DNA from: Octopus bimaculoides
Lineage: Eukaryota
Assembly (NCBI RefSeq): GCF_001194135.2
Contig: NC_068986.1
Location: forward strand, 95,846,310-95,879,253
Direction: 5' to 3'
DNA: 32,944 nucleotides
Shown here one piece after another: positions 1 to 30,286 of the stretch. The notes below the pieces were generated by a model. The model was not told the DNA's origin. It did no database searches and saw nothing but the letters and a program-made list of their open reading frames with translations. Position 1 is the stretch's first letter. Every line of letters starts with the position of its first letter. The translations under genes were made by a program, and so were the position numbers.

Positions 1-140
1 GTCCAGGGGCACTGGCAACGATCTCGCTCGAAAATCCTACGGGAGCCAGTCAGGCGGTACTGGCAACAGCCACGCTCAAAATGGTGCATCTCATGTGCCA
101 CCCGCACAAGAACCAGTCCAGGGGCACTGGCAACGATCAT
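1..140 (-). mobile_element. Partial copy of the GC-rich (GAT)n-tailed retroposon (family B)
   Basis: Reverse complement of the GTTGCCAGTGCCCCTGGACTGG...GTGGCAC segment seen at 20820-20940. Confidence 0.8.
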
Positions 141-179
141 ACTTGGCTTGCCGGGTCTTCTCACGCACAGCACATTTCC

Positions 180-186
180 AATATAT

Positions 187-227
<41 letters not shown>

Positions 228-272
228 CTGTGTGTGTGTGTGTGTGTGACAGAGAGAGAGAGAGAGAGAGAT
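180..272. repeat. Compound (TA)n(TG)n(AG)n microsatellite
   Basis: Directly visible. Confidence 0.97.
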
Positions 273-1189
273 TCAGTCAGTGTTCATATAATTATCTGTA
301 GAATACTCATGCAAACAAAATGTGTAGTTATGTACTTGTAAATTTATGCTTTAGTATACTGTTTCATTTGTCTAGTCATGTTTGTGGGGGTTTTTTGTGT
401 GTGTCTTGAGAACATATCAATCGTGCTTTGTTGTGTGCAACTGCATATTTAGGTGTCTATACCTGTGTGCGTAACTAATATTGTAGCAGTATGTATGTGT
501 GTGCATGCAGAAATATGAGACATGACTGTTGGCAGTCATGAAAATTGACTGCAGTCATAAAAACAAATATCAACTGCATCATATCATCAATTACACCACA
601 TTAAATACAGCAGAAATTTGCATTAAAAAATATGACAACAATTACAAAAATTACACTAGTAAAGATGTGCCAACAACAAGTACTGTATGATGGAAGGGTG
701 TTGGAATAGAAATGTTGAGTCATTCAGTTTAGGAATATTTTTACAGTTCAGTAATGAAAATGAAAGAGAAAAGGAACTAGTAGAGAGTCTGTAAAGAGAA
801 AGAAACAATGAAGTTATATCCAGGATTGTAGTTGCATCATAAAGGGGTATGAATGCTACATCATCTCATTTTTTACACTATTCTCTGTAATTGAGGTGAT
901 TGACAAGTATCTTTTGAAATCTATGACACTGGTGGTAGTAGTTGCAAAAGTAGCAGTAATAGTGGATGTGTAGTTTGGGAGGTTTTTTGTAGTTAGCGGT
1001 AAGGTGAGCACTTTGGGGATGGTGTTGAGTGCCATAGTGGAAGTGATGGTTATAGTTCTCTTCTTAGTGATGATGATGCTGGGTGCCTTGTGGTAGTGAG
1101 GGCCCTAATAATGTTGGTGAATACCCCAGTAATGGTGGTGAGAATTTATCATTGAGATATTCAGTTCATGCTTTATCAACATGTCAGGC

Positions 1190-1545
1190 TCTAACAACAG
1201 ACAATCCATCTACTTGTGTTGGTTATTCATCTATGATCCCCAATTGTACACATTGATGCTACACTTTTGCAAATTTCTTTTAAGGATGTCTTCGAACCAC
1301 TTGCATTGTCATCTTTGCATGCACTTTCTTTCATCCAAAATGAATAAAACAGTTTTTGGACATACCATTTTCCTATATTCCCACAAATATGACCAAATTA
1401 TAAATTTGATGTTGCATAATCATAGTTTCATTGCAGAAGATATTGGTTTACTGCATCATGCTAACAAGCTTCCAGTGGATGTGCATAATTCTCCTCTTGT
1501 GTCCAGGTTTCATAGCTATATAAAAGAATAGTTACAACAGGAGTA
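1190..1545 (-). mobile_element. Degraded RTE-clade LINE, post-RT C-terminal fragment
   Basis: Hand translation of the - strand gives VTILLYSYETWT...PKTVLF...KWFEDILKRNLQKCSINVYNW, with stops and frameshifts. This resembles the RTE pattern LLYGxETWT...PKxxL...RFKDxLKxxLKxCxIxxxNW. Confidence 0.6.
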
Positions 1546-1873
1546 ACCATTGACAGTTAGGGCTGATGGACTATAATAAACAATAGGGGAATGAGACCTG
1601 AGTACTGAAGGACTCTGACTTGTTCTCTGGATTTGTTGTTGAACTCAGTGCTGATTCTCACTTCTCTGACTATGCCAACTCTTGTCTTCCTGACAGACTA
1701 ATATTAACAACGACTAATATTAATGACTTTCTGACAAGTATAGGAAATAACTCAAGGCATGTTTTGGTATTATTCTAGCAACATCAGTGCAATAGAAATT
1801 TCACTATACTTGCCAAATTAGCACTGGAAAAATCATTTAGTAAACTCACAAATTTTGTAAATACATTTTCTGG

Positions 1874-1874
<1 letters not shown>

Positions 1875-1922
<48 letters not shown>
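1875..1922. repeat. (ATT)n microsatellite
   Basis: Directly visible. Confidence 0.97.
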
Positions 1923-1924
<2 letters not shown>

Positions 1925-2112
1925 GGCGGTGAGCTGGCAGAATCGTTAGCATGCCAGGCAAAATGCTAAATGGCATTTCATCTGTCTTTACATTCTGAGT
2001 TTAAATTCTGCTGAGGTTGATGAAATAAGTACCATTTGAGCACTGGGGTTGATGTAATTGGCTAGTCCCCCTCCCCCAAGAATTTCAGGCCTTCTGCCTA
2101 TAGTAGAAAGGA
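1922..2112 (+). mobile_element. SINE family A2 (TAAGGCGGTGAGCTGGCAGAATCGTTAGC...GAGTTTAAATT...AAGTACC), internally deleted
   Basis: Has a tRNA-like B-box remnant and sits between ATT microsatellites. Related copies occur at 3140-3330 (-), 4400-4600 (+) and 22420-22790 (+). Confidence 0.7.
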
Positions 2113-2118
2113 TTATTA

Positions 2119-2204
<86 letters not shown>

Positions 2205-2230
2205 TGTTACTGTATCAGCAGTAGTAGTAA
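2110..2230. repeat. (ATT)n(AGT)n microsatellite
   Basis: Directly visible; explains ORFs 2058..2279 and 2085..2288. Confidence 0.97.
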
Positions 2231-2673
2231 CACTATCATGGTAACTGGAGTTTCTAATAATTATAATAGTAATTTCTAATTTAGTCACAAGGCCAGTAGC
2301 TTTGAGAAGATGGAGCTAGCTGTTGTGGCGAGAGTCATTGACACTCCTGTGGGATTGGAAGAATGGACTAGCTGAACTCTTAGAAAAAGTAGTGTATTGG
2401 TTGAAACAAGAGAAGCCATAGGAGTTGTTGAGAGTTTGTATTTATTGGAGTATTTTGAAGTACATTGTGTGAAGACAGTTGTGTCTGTCCCTACTTCATG
2501 AAATCTGTATATCCAACATATAGAAGGATATAAAAGAGGCAATGAGGATATCCACTAAAAAAAGTGGTGATGAGGGTATTCAAAGCTTACATCAAACATT
2601 AACATTTTCTTTTAATACATAATCAAAGAAAAATTAGTTAACATGGAAGACCTATTAGCGTCCGTGCTACAGT

Positions 2674-2732
2674 TGCAAGAGCAACAACAGCAAGAGCAAC
2701 AACAGCAAGAGCAACAACAGTTACAGCAGCAG
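2674..2732. repeat. (CAA/CAG)n microsatellite
   Basis: Directly visible; source of the poly-Q ORF 2643..2834. Confidence 0.85.
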
Positions 2733-2804
2733 TCCTACTGTGTTGCACCTTGGCAAGTGTTTGCTACAAAGTTCCAGGCCAATCAAGGCCTTGTGAATGG
2801 ATTT

Positions 2805-3142
2805 AGTAGCCATGTGTTGAGTGGAATTCTTTGAAGTTTGAATAATTCACCTCTGGAAACATGGGTGTTTCGTTCAACATCCTTAAACAACCCCTATTCA
2901 AGGACCATTTGAGTGAGATGAGCTACTCAACCTGAAGAAAATTCTGAGCCCTACCTGCAAGGTCATGTGCTGTTTATCTTGATATGGTTGTGATGCATGT
3001 GCCTGGTGTACCCTTATCAGATGAGTAGTCACAATAGGTATATTGAGCTTCGTATATTTTACCCTAGTGTCACTCTGATGGCATGCACTGCTCTCTCACT
3101 CAATAATAATAATAATAACAATAATAATAATAATAATAATAA
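2805..3142 (+). mobile_element. Interspersed repeat ending in an (AAT)n tail (3' part of a retroposon-like element)
   Basis: Ends CACTGCTCTCTCACTC(AAT)n. Recognised from memory as a common octopus repeat; family assignment not verified. Confidence 0.5.
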
Positions 3143-3330
3143 TCCTTTCTACTATAGGAACGAAGCCTGAAGTTTTGAGCAGAAGGAATAGTCAATTACA
3201 TCAACCCCAGTACTTGACTAGTACTTTATTTTATCAACTCTGAAATGATGAAAGGCAAAGTCACCCTCAGCATGATTTGAACTCAGAAAGTAAGGAGCCT
3301 AAACAAATAACACAAAGCATTTTGTCTTAT
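3140..3330 (-). mobile_element. SINE family A2, inverted copy
   Basis: TACTTTATTTTATCAAC...GATGAAAGGCAAAGT...TTTGAACTCAGAA is the reverse complement of the family core. Confidence 0.7.
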
Positions 3331-3807
3331 ATTCAATATACTGTCTTATCTATCATTGCGTTATTTATAATAATAATAATAAGAAGAAGAAGAAGAAGTG
3401 TTTCTTATTTTCACTGATATTAAACTTATTTTGAAAAGGAGAGCAAAGCTATTCTCCCTCCCACCCATCCACCTATACCAAATAAAGCATTACAAAGAAG
3501 ATAAAAGACATCAGGTTGATGTGAAATACCAGACTTTCTGTTTTTTCATCAATGCTGCATCTACTAAATGATGCTACAACTGCAATCATGCTGCTTTTAT
3601 GATAATAAAACAGAAAAAAAATCTGAGGGAGGGGGGAATCAAAGTGGAACATCAAAAAAATTTAAAACCTCTTTGATTAATAAAGTCTTTTATTTCAACA
3701 ATTTTTTTAAAATATGAAACAAGAAGCAGGAAGAAAAATAAAAAGCAGGTTTTTCTCTTGCAGCTTTGGAAAACAAATTTTATGGGGTTTTATATATATA
3801 TATATAA

Positions 3808-3838
<31 letters not shown>

Positions 3839-4869
3839 ATCCTCATTTAATTTCCTTTTGAAAATATTTCTTTTTAAAGAAATATAAAATAAATAAATGA
3901 ATTAAATTAATGGAAGGGAGAGATTGTAGATTTGATAACATTCTGTTCTCTCTTTTTTCCTGTTTCTCCTTCTCTCCTTCTGTCTCTCTCTTCTGTTTTC
4001 TTTACAAAACTTCCTTGAGATATTTCAGGTTTCTTGCCTATCTTACAAAGTATTATAATTATTAGTATTTCTAGAGTGATGAATGAGTAGAATTGGTAGA
4101 GAGCCAGATAAATTTCCTTGTGATATTTAATTTCATAGCATGCCTTTTGAGTTCAACTCTTGCCAACATCCATTTTATCTTCCATGCATTTAGGGATGCT
4201 AAAATAAGTCTCCATCATGTACTGGTGTTGCTTTGATTGACTGTACTCTTCTCATAAAATTTCTGGGCCCTCTGCTTTTCTTAGCAAACATTATTCTTAT
4301 TTTATTGTTTCTGGGGAGAGTCATTCTCTTTTAGTGCCTTATTACTTAACATGCTCACCATTTTGTTATCATTGTTATTATTATTATTATTATCATCATC
4401 ATCGTTATTAGAGCAGTAGGTAGGAGAAATGGTACAGCACCAAATGAATTGTCTTCTAGTATTTAGTTATCAAATTTTGCTGTGAGACACCAGTCAATTA
4501 CTGGTATCAGTTTGACCCCATCCCTCTCCACACACAAAAAAATAAATAATGACAATAAATTGTGTCATCTTGTGTCTAAGTTTCTAAGTTAAAAATGTAT
4601 TCTTATTATTTAAGGCGGAGCTTACTGTAGGCAATGATGCTCCAACATGGCCTGAGCTGTGACAGCCAAAAAGCAAAAGTAAAGAACTAAAAAGAACATT
4701 GTGAAGATTATGGGTTTAACAATCTAATTTGCCATTTCTTTAACCTGTTTTCTGTTGTATCTTTATCTGATGATTAGTACATGTTTCTTTGGTACAGTGG
4801 ATAAGTGTATTATACTACATTTACCTAGAAATAAAACTTCATGGTTTGAATTTAGTCCAGTATCATGAA

Positions 4870-5100
4870 CATATTAAGAAGTTCACTTCGCAACCACATG
4901 GTTTCAGATTCAGTAGCACTGCATGACACCTTGGACAAGTATCTTTGTGCCTGTGTTTGTCCCCCAACCCTGCTTGACAACAGTGGTTTGGCAAAATAGA
5001 CTGATGAATAAACACGGGTCAATTTGTTCAACTAAAACCCTTCAAGGCAGTACCCCAGTATGGCCACAGTCCTGTGACTGGAACAAGTAAAAGATAAAAG
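4870..5100 (+). mobile_element. tRNA-derived SINE family A1 (octopus OR-type/CORE-like), internally deleted
   Basis: AACCACATGGTTTCAGATTCAGT...CACCTTGGACAAG...CATGGCC-type tail...GACTGGAACAAGTAAAAG, shared with 21712-22077. Confidence 0.75.
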
Positions 5101-5419
5101 ATATCCAGAAATAAGAACTCTCATGATGATCAAAGGTTAAACTGACCAAAGCATAGAGTAGATATAAATATCAAAAACTGCCTCATTGCATCTATTTTTC
5201 TTTGCTGGCATGGCTTTGGATGGTTTTTCAAAAGCAATTTTCCTCTCATCATAAATCATTTTAAATGCCTCTTACAAACCCTTCTTAAATTGGTGAGATT
5301 AAATGGGCTAAACTTTTACCATGTTAATGTCTGTAAGCAAAAGAAGTGTATAGGCAGGGCAGCAAGGGTTTGGTCGAAATACTAAGCATTCCAAAAATCC
5401 GATTGTAATGTTAAACTGG

Positions 5420-5895
5420 GTGGTGCACTGATCCTACTCTACGAAGGTATAATGTATGAGGCCCAGTGGCAGCTTCTGGAGAATGGGGTCCAGGAAGGAC
5501 ACAACATGACAATGGGAACCAAGGATTATGGGTTTCCAACAAAGGAGTTATGCCTGAAATTTGTATGTTTGTGTACACACTGGAGGAAATTCTTCTGTGA
5601 AGTAAATCCCAACCACTGCAGAACATTGTGGTGCTGTGATTATTTCATTTAGCAATTTACAATTTGTGCCTACCAGCTACATGCCATGTGAAAAATTTCT
5701 GTGACATGAATACTGGAAGAACAACAGAGAAGGGCTGGCTCAGAAACACCTGGCACCAGACATTCTTGGGGGTGGGGGAACACGTTGTATGAGGAGCAGC
5801 AGTTAGACAGGAATGGAAGGAACTGCATCAGATTGAGCATGTAGGAGGAAGTTTGCTGCTTTGTGTCTCATGGTGCAAGAAGACCTAAAATCTAA
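5420..5895 (+). mobile_element. Highly degraded RTE-clade LINE 3' fragment
   Basis: The pieces LILLYEG, GRTTEKGWLRNTWHQT and a terminal GAAGACCTAA resemble the RTE pattern LLYG...GxRxRGRPRNTWRR...EED*. There are many disruptions. Confidence 0.4.
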
Positions 5896-7416
5896 GCCGT
5901 GTGTGTGTGTGTGAATATTAGCAAGTTGTATTTTATTTAATTACTTTTCCTTTTTCTTTTTTCAGATAAACACTGAATATTGATTTTTAAAGAACTTTCA
6001 AAAACAAGAATCTCAAGCAGAAATCACCATCCATTCAAGAATACTTTACAAAGACATCATTCCTTTCATTGACTCCTCATCCAGTTCTATAACTAGATCT
6101 GACTGGGAACATTTCTGGATCCTTTTCAAATATTTCAGCTTTCCCATGACATAAGTGTAATGGCATTTAGTAGTTTTGTCTACAAACCACTGTGAAACAT
6201 TACACCCTGCAACAAAGTACCAGTGGCACTGTTTTGGGGGATGGTATTCAAATGCAACTGTTATTGACCAGTGTTGATTTTTTACATTCCTCAAGAACAT
6301 TATAGGACCAGTATTGTACACTGCAATCCATCTCTTACACATCTCCATATTGCAATTTGATGCATTTCTACAACTCTTTATAATACATCCAACAACTCGC
6401 TCCCTTAGATCTGTTTATTATGTATACACAGATATACACACATCCAGTACAAAAAAATTATATATACACATATATTAAATATATAAAATCATAAAGGAAA
6501 AAAATCCAAGTTATTGATCTGATGGTCCACTTGTGTAACTCCCTATCCAAATTCAAGTAATAATATCCATGCACCTCACCTTTTGAAAACTTGTAGGATT
6601 GGAACATAAAAGCATACAATATTGAACCAGATGGTTTTACTACCCACAGTGACATTATATTTTCACACAAACTGCCATAGCTCTTGTTTGAATAAGAGAC
6701 ATTGGCATTTGTCACATTGGCTTAACAGTGTTCTTTGGAATACTAGATATTAACGAAAGATATCGACTTCAACTTATATAACACATGCACACTCTCACAC
6801 ACACACACATATGACATCTATCTATATAAATTGTATATATAGCATATAAATAAACACATAAGTGTGTGTGAGTACGTGCATGTACACGTCTGTTATTTTA
6901 CATGTTTAAGTTGATTGATGAAAATCTCTCTGAACTATCATTTGATCATAAGAATTTGTAAGAAGAGAAAAAGGAAGAAATATTTGTAGCAGGATAAAAA
7001 TTCTTGCTTTTCTTTGTTGTAGTTTTGCTTCCCTGCCACTCACACATTTCTTCAGTTGTTTCCTGCATCCTCCTTTTGCATTTTCTCACTTGTGTCCTGC
7101 CTTCTCTCCTTCCCCATATTTCCTCACTCAATTCCCCACCCACTCCCTCCAAATATGGAACAACATCAATCCAGTTTCAATTCCCACCTGGCACAACTTT
7201 GTGCCACATTCAACTTTTGTTTTTATGAAGTAATGAACTGAAGAGAGCCCGTTGATAAAATGTTAGATCTGAATGGTCATCATTTTCTTTTATTTGTCAG
7301 TCCCTGACCCTAATTAACCAGCAGGACAGCCAGCCTCTTTTGTCCTCCATCTCTACCCTACCCTCTCAAAACACTCCCTACTTTACTTAAAACCTCCCCT
7401 TAAAACTGCTTTTGAG

Positions 7417-25683
<18,267 letters not shown>

Positions 25684-25765
25684 AGATCTCCTCATCTGTT
25701 ACAAAAGACAAATTAAAGAACAAAAAAAAATATATTTAAAACAATAGTACATAACAAAAAATTTT

Positions 25766-25771
25766 AATAAA
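25766..25771 (+). promoter_or_regulatory. Candidate proximal polyadenylation signal AATAAA for PCNX4
   Basis: AATAAA 83 nt after the stop codon. The context is very AT-rich, so it may be a chance match. Confidence 0.3.
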
Positions 25772-25792
25772 ACAAACAAAATACTCCAGAAA

Positions 25793-25803
25793 TAATAATA
25801 GTA

Positions 25804-25862
<59 letters not shown>
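25793..25862. repeat. (ATT)n microsatellite
   Basis: Directly visible. Confidence 0.95.
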
Positions 25863-26444
25863 AATGATATAATAACAATAATATATTAATTTAAAAACAA
25901 AAGACGTCTGATTTGGTACAAAGCCAATTTTATACTGTAGAAAATACAGTCAATTGAATTTATCCCCTCAGTGAATTTGGTGGTATTTAATTGGTTGATG
26001 ACGTACAAAGCCAACTCTGATAGGGATTGGATTCAGAACAGTGAGGCATCGAAATGGATACCATAAACCGTTGGTGAGGGGTGGGGGGGAGAGCATCTGT
26101 CTACAATTTCTGACATCACCACCACCATTCTGTAATATTAGTAAGAACCAAGTAAAATCAAAAAAGCAATGTGCTGAAAATTGTGCTTGAATGCCGACTA
26201 TATATATCAGTTGCAACTTTAAATGACACACACACAGAACACTTTCCTCCTACACTACTATGATAGCTGGTGTTTTTTTGTTTTTTCACCTAAACAGATA
26301 TGGCCTAATCTTATGCTGGTCAGATGTAAGTGTAACATAAGACAGATGAACAGGTCATTTGTTTTTGTTTTTTTTTAACAGAACAGTGTATGTGTGTGTG
26401 TATAAAACAAAACAGGAGAGTTTGTTCATAAATTTCATGTATTG

Positions 26445-26463
26445 ATGTGTGTGTGTATGTATG

Positions 26464-26512
<49 letters not shown>

Positions 26513-26590
26513 ATATGATGTATAAACTGTTATCTTTTTCATACTGGTGCAATGTTGGGGTTTAGTTGTCTTTTCTTTATCAAGTGTACT

Positions 26591-26646
<56 letters not shown>

Positions 26647-26656
26647 CACACACACA
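26445..26656. repeat. (TG)/(TA)n and (TG)n microsatellites
   Basis: Runs at ~26445-26508 and 26593-26656. Confidence 0.95.
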
Positions 26657-26957
26657 TGTCGTCATACACAAACTGTCTTTTTGTTGTGAACACAAGCATT
26701 GAATTTTTTTTGCCTACATAGATGTGTATATTTCATATGTATGCAGGATTTTATTCCCAGATATATGTGTGTGTGCAAGTCTATATATATATGTTTATGT
26801 TTGTTTAAATATATACACATAGAGAACAGTAAGTAGGTTGTACTCAAGAGAGCGAAAGTGTGTGAGAGAGAATTCAATACAGGTTATTTGTAGAGTGATA
26901 TTGCAGGAATTGGAAGTTTTTATTCTTTGTGAAAAAATATTTGGGTTGAAAACACAC

Positions 26958-26989
<32 letters not shown>

Positions 26990-29578
26990 TTAAGTGTGTG
27001 ACATTCAATAGTTTTTCCTCACATTGGTGTCTTTTTGTTTTGTTCATTTTTGAAATTTGGACAGCTGTATATAATATATGATACAGAAGCATGTTTCTCA
27101 TCCACTAATACAATAATTGTTTTATTTAGACAGTTGCATAGTTCTTTGTGTGTGTGTGTGTGTGCATGTGTGTGCATGTGTGTGAAATGATTGATTAGTT
27201 TATACATTGGACCACTACCAGTTCCTGAGTTATAAACGTTTTATTGTGTCTCTTGATATATCACTTTATTTGACACACTTCAGTTCATATTGTTGTGGGT
27301 AGGTTGGGAAAGTTAGAGGCTGATTCTTCTGAGAATTCTACCTCTGGTAAAACAGATTCCTATCCAGAAGTTTTGTTTCCCATCAGTTTTATTGACCTCT
27401 GGTTCATAGAGGCATTATTTTTTTTTCACAATGCATGTGTGTGTGTGTAAATGTGATTGTAATTGTGGATATGTCTGCATATTTTCATGTGCATGTGTAA
27501 GGTGGCTTATGCATCCATTGCACAGATTATAATTTTCTGCCTGTGCTCTTGTTGTATAGCCCCACTCAGTTGTGACCAAATTAACTGATGGCTGAAATAA
27601 AGCCATTTGAACACTTCATGTTAACCCAACTAATACTGTGAAAACTTTGACCACAAAATCACAGTGGAATTTATAATGAAATTTCAAGAAAACTGCAGCA
27701 ATATAGACTAAAATACAATTGACACTTGAGCAGGAATTGAACACAAAATACTAATATAACTATCTTTTCATTAACCTTTAACATGCTTGGAGACATCATG
27801 GCACCATATGAATTTTCTCCCCTGTAGCTGCAGGTGCATAGAAAACTCATATGGCAACGTGATGCATTTACACTGTGCTAAAAGTTAATCATACAGTCCT
27901 TTCAATAATATATTGGCTTATATTTCTAAATACATGTTAAATATTGATAAAAATCTTAGACATCAATTAGCTTTTCCACTACATCACTCCTTCACTTTTA
28001 TTAATAGGTAGGTTTCCATATGATACACAATCCCAGCATTGAGAAAACATTAAGAATGTGCTTAATAAGAAATTTAGCAACACAGTTTAATGGTTAATTT
28101 GAAGGTAGAGCATTTTGTTAAGCTGATTTTGCTTGAAACTTAAGAGACGTGTGTCTGTGGAATGTTCAGCCTCTTACATACTAATTCAGTTGATCAAATA
28201 ACTGAATCCTTATTGTCAAAACCATTTACTTTACTGTTGGATGAACTATCAACTAGCTGATAAGTCATGGGTTAAAATTGTCTGCAGATTTTACTCTGAA
28301 TTGCTGGAACAAATATTTAACTTCATACATGCCTCATGAAACAAGTATTAGGTTTTCTGAGCATGCTACCTGTGATAAACTGTTATCCTACATCAGCGCT
28401 GGAGAGATTTATTTCTTCTCTCACATGCTTAATGCTGCAGATCAGTCTTTAAGTAAATATTAGTTTTTATGAATTCCTGTGAAATATGGTGATCATTTTT
28501 TCAAAGGTTGGTTTATTTACATAGAAGCTCCCTTGTTGGATGTGAATATGTTGTGTTAGTATTGTACACAGTGATGATTTGAATTGTGTGAGAGAAAATT
28601 TGGTTGGTATATAAATAATTTGAAAGCCTCATAAAAGCTCTCCCTCCCTCCCTCAGAAATTATATCCTTTGAGATACAAGCATTGGGAAGTGGTGGATGT
28701 CTTGATACTTAAGAGAATGTAGATACATAATTAAGGAACGGTTTTTTTTTATATCAACAAGTTAAATGAAGTCATATAAGCTCTCTCTTTTTCTCTCATC
28801 ATTGTATCTTGTCCTGTAAATACAAGATTTGTAAAATTTGGTCTCAGCATGAGTAGAGACTGTTGGGAGTGGGTTGTTTTTAATATTTTTGTATGTGAGG
28901 GAAGGTGTGACTGTGTTGTTTTGACAGATTCAGTGACTTGACAAAGATGCTTCCTCCTCATCTAATATGCTTGCATTCACTGCAGTCAGGTAGGTGCTTT
29001 GGCTACTACTTCATCTAACACTGCTCAACAAGTGCCCATCCAGCAATTGACTGATATATCTCTCTCTATATATATATAATTCCAAACAAGAAAATAACCT
29101 TTTCCCTTAAATTCAGTTGAAGAGTTGTTCTTCACAGAAAAACTGTTTACTCATTGCAACAAGAATACAAAAATTAAAAAGAACAAACTCTTTAGCAGTA
29201 TAAATTCAAATAAAGTTTATCAAAATTCTGCTGCTGTTTTTTTTTTTTTTTCTCTGTTTCTTTAAAACAAATGTTTCAGTATTGTTATTTTCCCTATGTC
29301 TGTTTCTGTTGTAGCCAGTTTTTTTCTTCTTCATTATCATCAACATCATCCAAATCAGCTCTGATTCAGCATATCTATGGTAAAAAAAAATTCTCCAACT
29401 CATGACTAGCCATTTGTTGCTTAGTCATTGGACTATATTTATCCAGAGTTTCTTTCATTTATAAAAACAGTAGGACAGATTGACTGCCATTTTTGCAGGT
29501 CAGGACACCACACAGAGACTACCTCATTGGCTCAAAGCAGATCAATTGTGTTACATTGACAATGCCATTCCACTTTGC

Positions 29579-29637
29579 TCACATTGCTTGAAGGAGATGA
29601 GCAAGATGCTTTTGACCATAATTAGATAAAACAAAAT
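29579..29637 (-). CDS. Terminal coding exon of the same convergent gene (59 nt incl. stop)
   Basis: Acceptor CATATTTCCAG|AT completes G+AT = Asp, giving DFVLSNYGQKHLAHLLQAM*. The intron 29638..29844 is 207 nt and GT-AG. Confidence 0.62.
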
Positions 29638-29844
29638 CTGGAAATATGCTAAATCAAAGTTAAGTTATAAAAATAAATTCCTGCACTAGTTTCTAATGAT
29701 ACTCCTTGCTATTTTAGGTAAAGGAAAGGTTTTTTAATATATATATATATATTAATCTGCTTTTATATGAAACAGTAGAAAAGACATTAATACTAATTCT
29801 TTGGGTTGGTGGAATGGGCAGTGCTCATGATTTTGCAAGCTCAC

Positions 29845-30037
29845 CTAGACTGGTGAGAATGATGCCATTAATGTTTCTCTTGAATTTTTGTAAGTCAACA
29901 CCTGCAGGAAATTCCAGAGAACCAATATTCTGGAAAGGGAAGCCGGTGTAGTTGCAATTAATGTTGGGATTGGACACAACAAGGTGTGAGATAAGTGGGA
30001 TGGGGGTGCCTAAATGGAAGTGCTTGAGTCTGGTCAG
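29845..30037 (-). CDS. Penultimate coding exon of an unidentified convergent gene (193 nt)
   Basis: On the - strand, acceptor TTGATTCTTGTAG|CTG, then the open frame LTRLKHFHLGTPIPLISHLVVSNPNINCNYTGFPFQNIGSLEFPAGVDLQKFKRNINGIILTSL+G, then donor G|GTGAGC (phase 1). Confidence 0.72.
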
Positions 30038-30068
30038 CTACAAGAATCAAATTGAATTCTCTGTTTAA

Positions 30069-30286
30069 CCCTTTAGCATTTAAACTGGTCATATCTGGCC
30101 CAAATATTCTACCTGTTTGATATTTAAACTGGCAAGATCCAGCCTCTCACACCTACCCTACACTGTCATTCTAAACAAAAACAGTCATACCATTGAAATC
30201 TCAAAACTACAAGATAATGTTTGATTAATTCAAAACAATGTGAATAAATAAGCATCACATTTGACAATAATCTGAATACTAAAGGG
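30069..30286. mobile_element. piggyBac-type MITE
   Basis: TTAA|CCCTTTAGCATT ... AATACTAAAGGG|TTAA; TTAA target duplication at 30065-30068 and 30287-30290. Confidence 0.85.

Noticed and set aside
2643-2834. Poly-Q ORF as a real gene
   Set aside because: It is a short CAA/CAG microsatellite running into SINE-like and repeat sequence, with no supporting exon structure.
6046-6348. 100-aa - strand ORF
   Set aside because: No recognisable motif or splice context; within the expected noise for AT-rich DNA.
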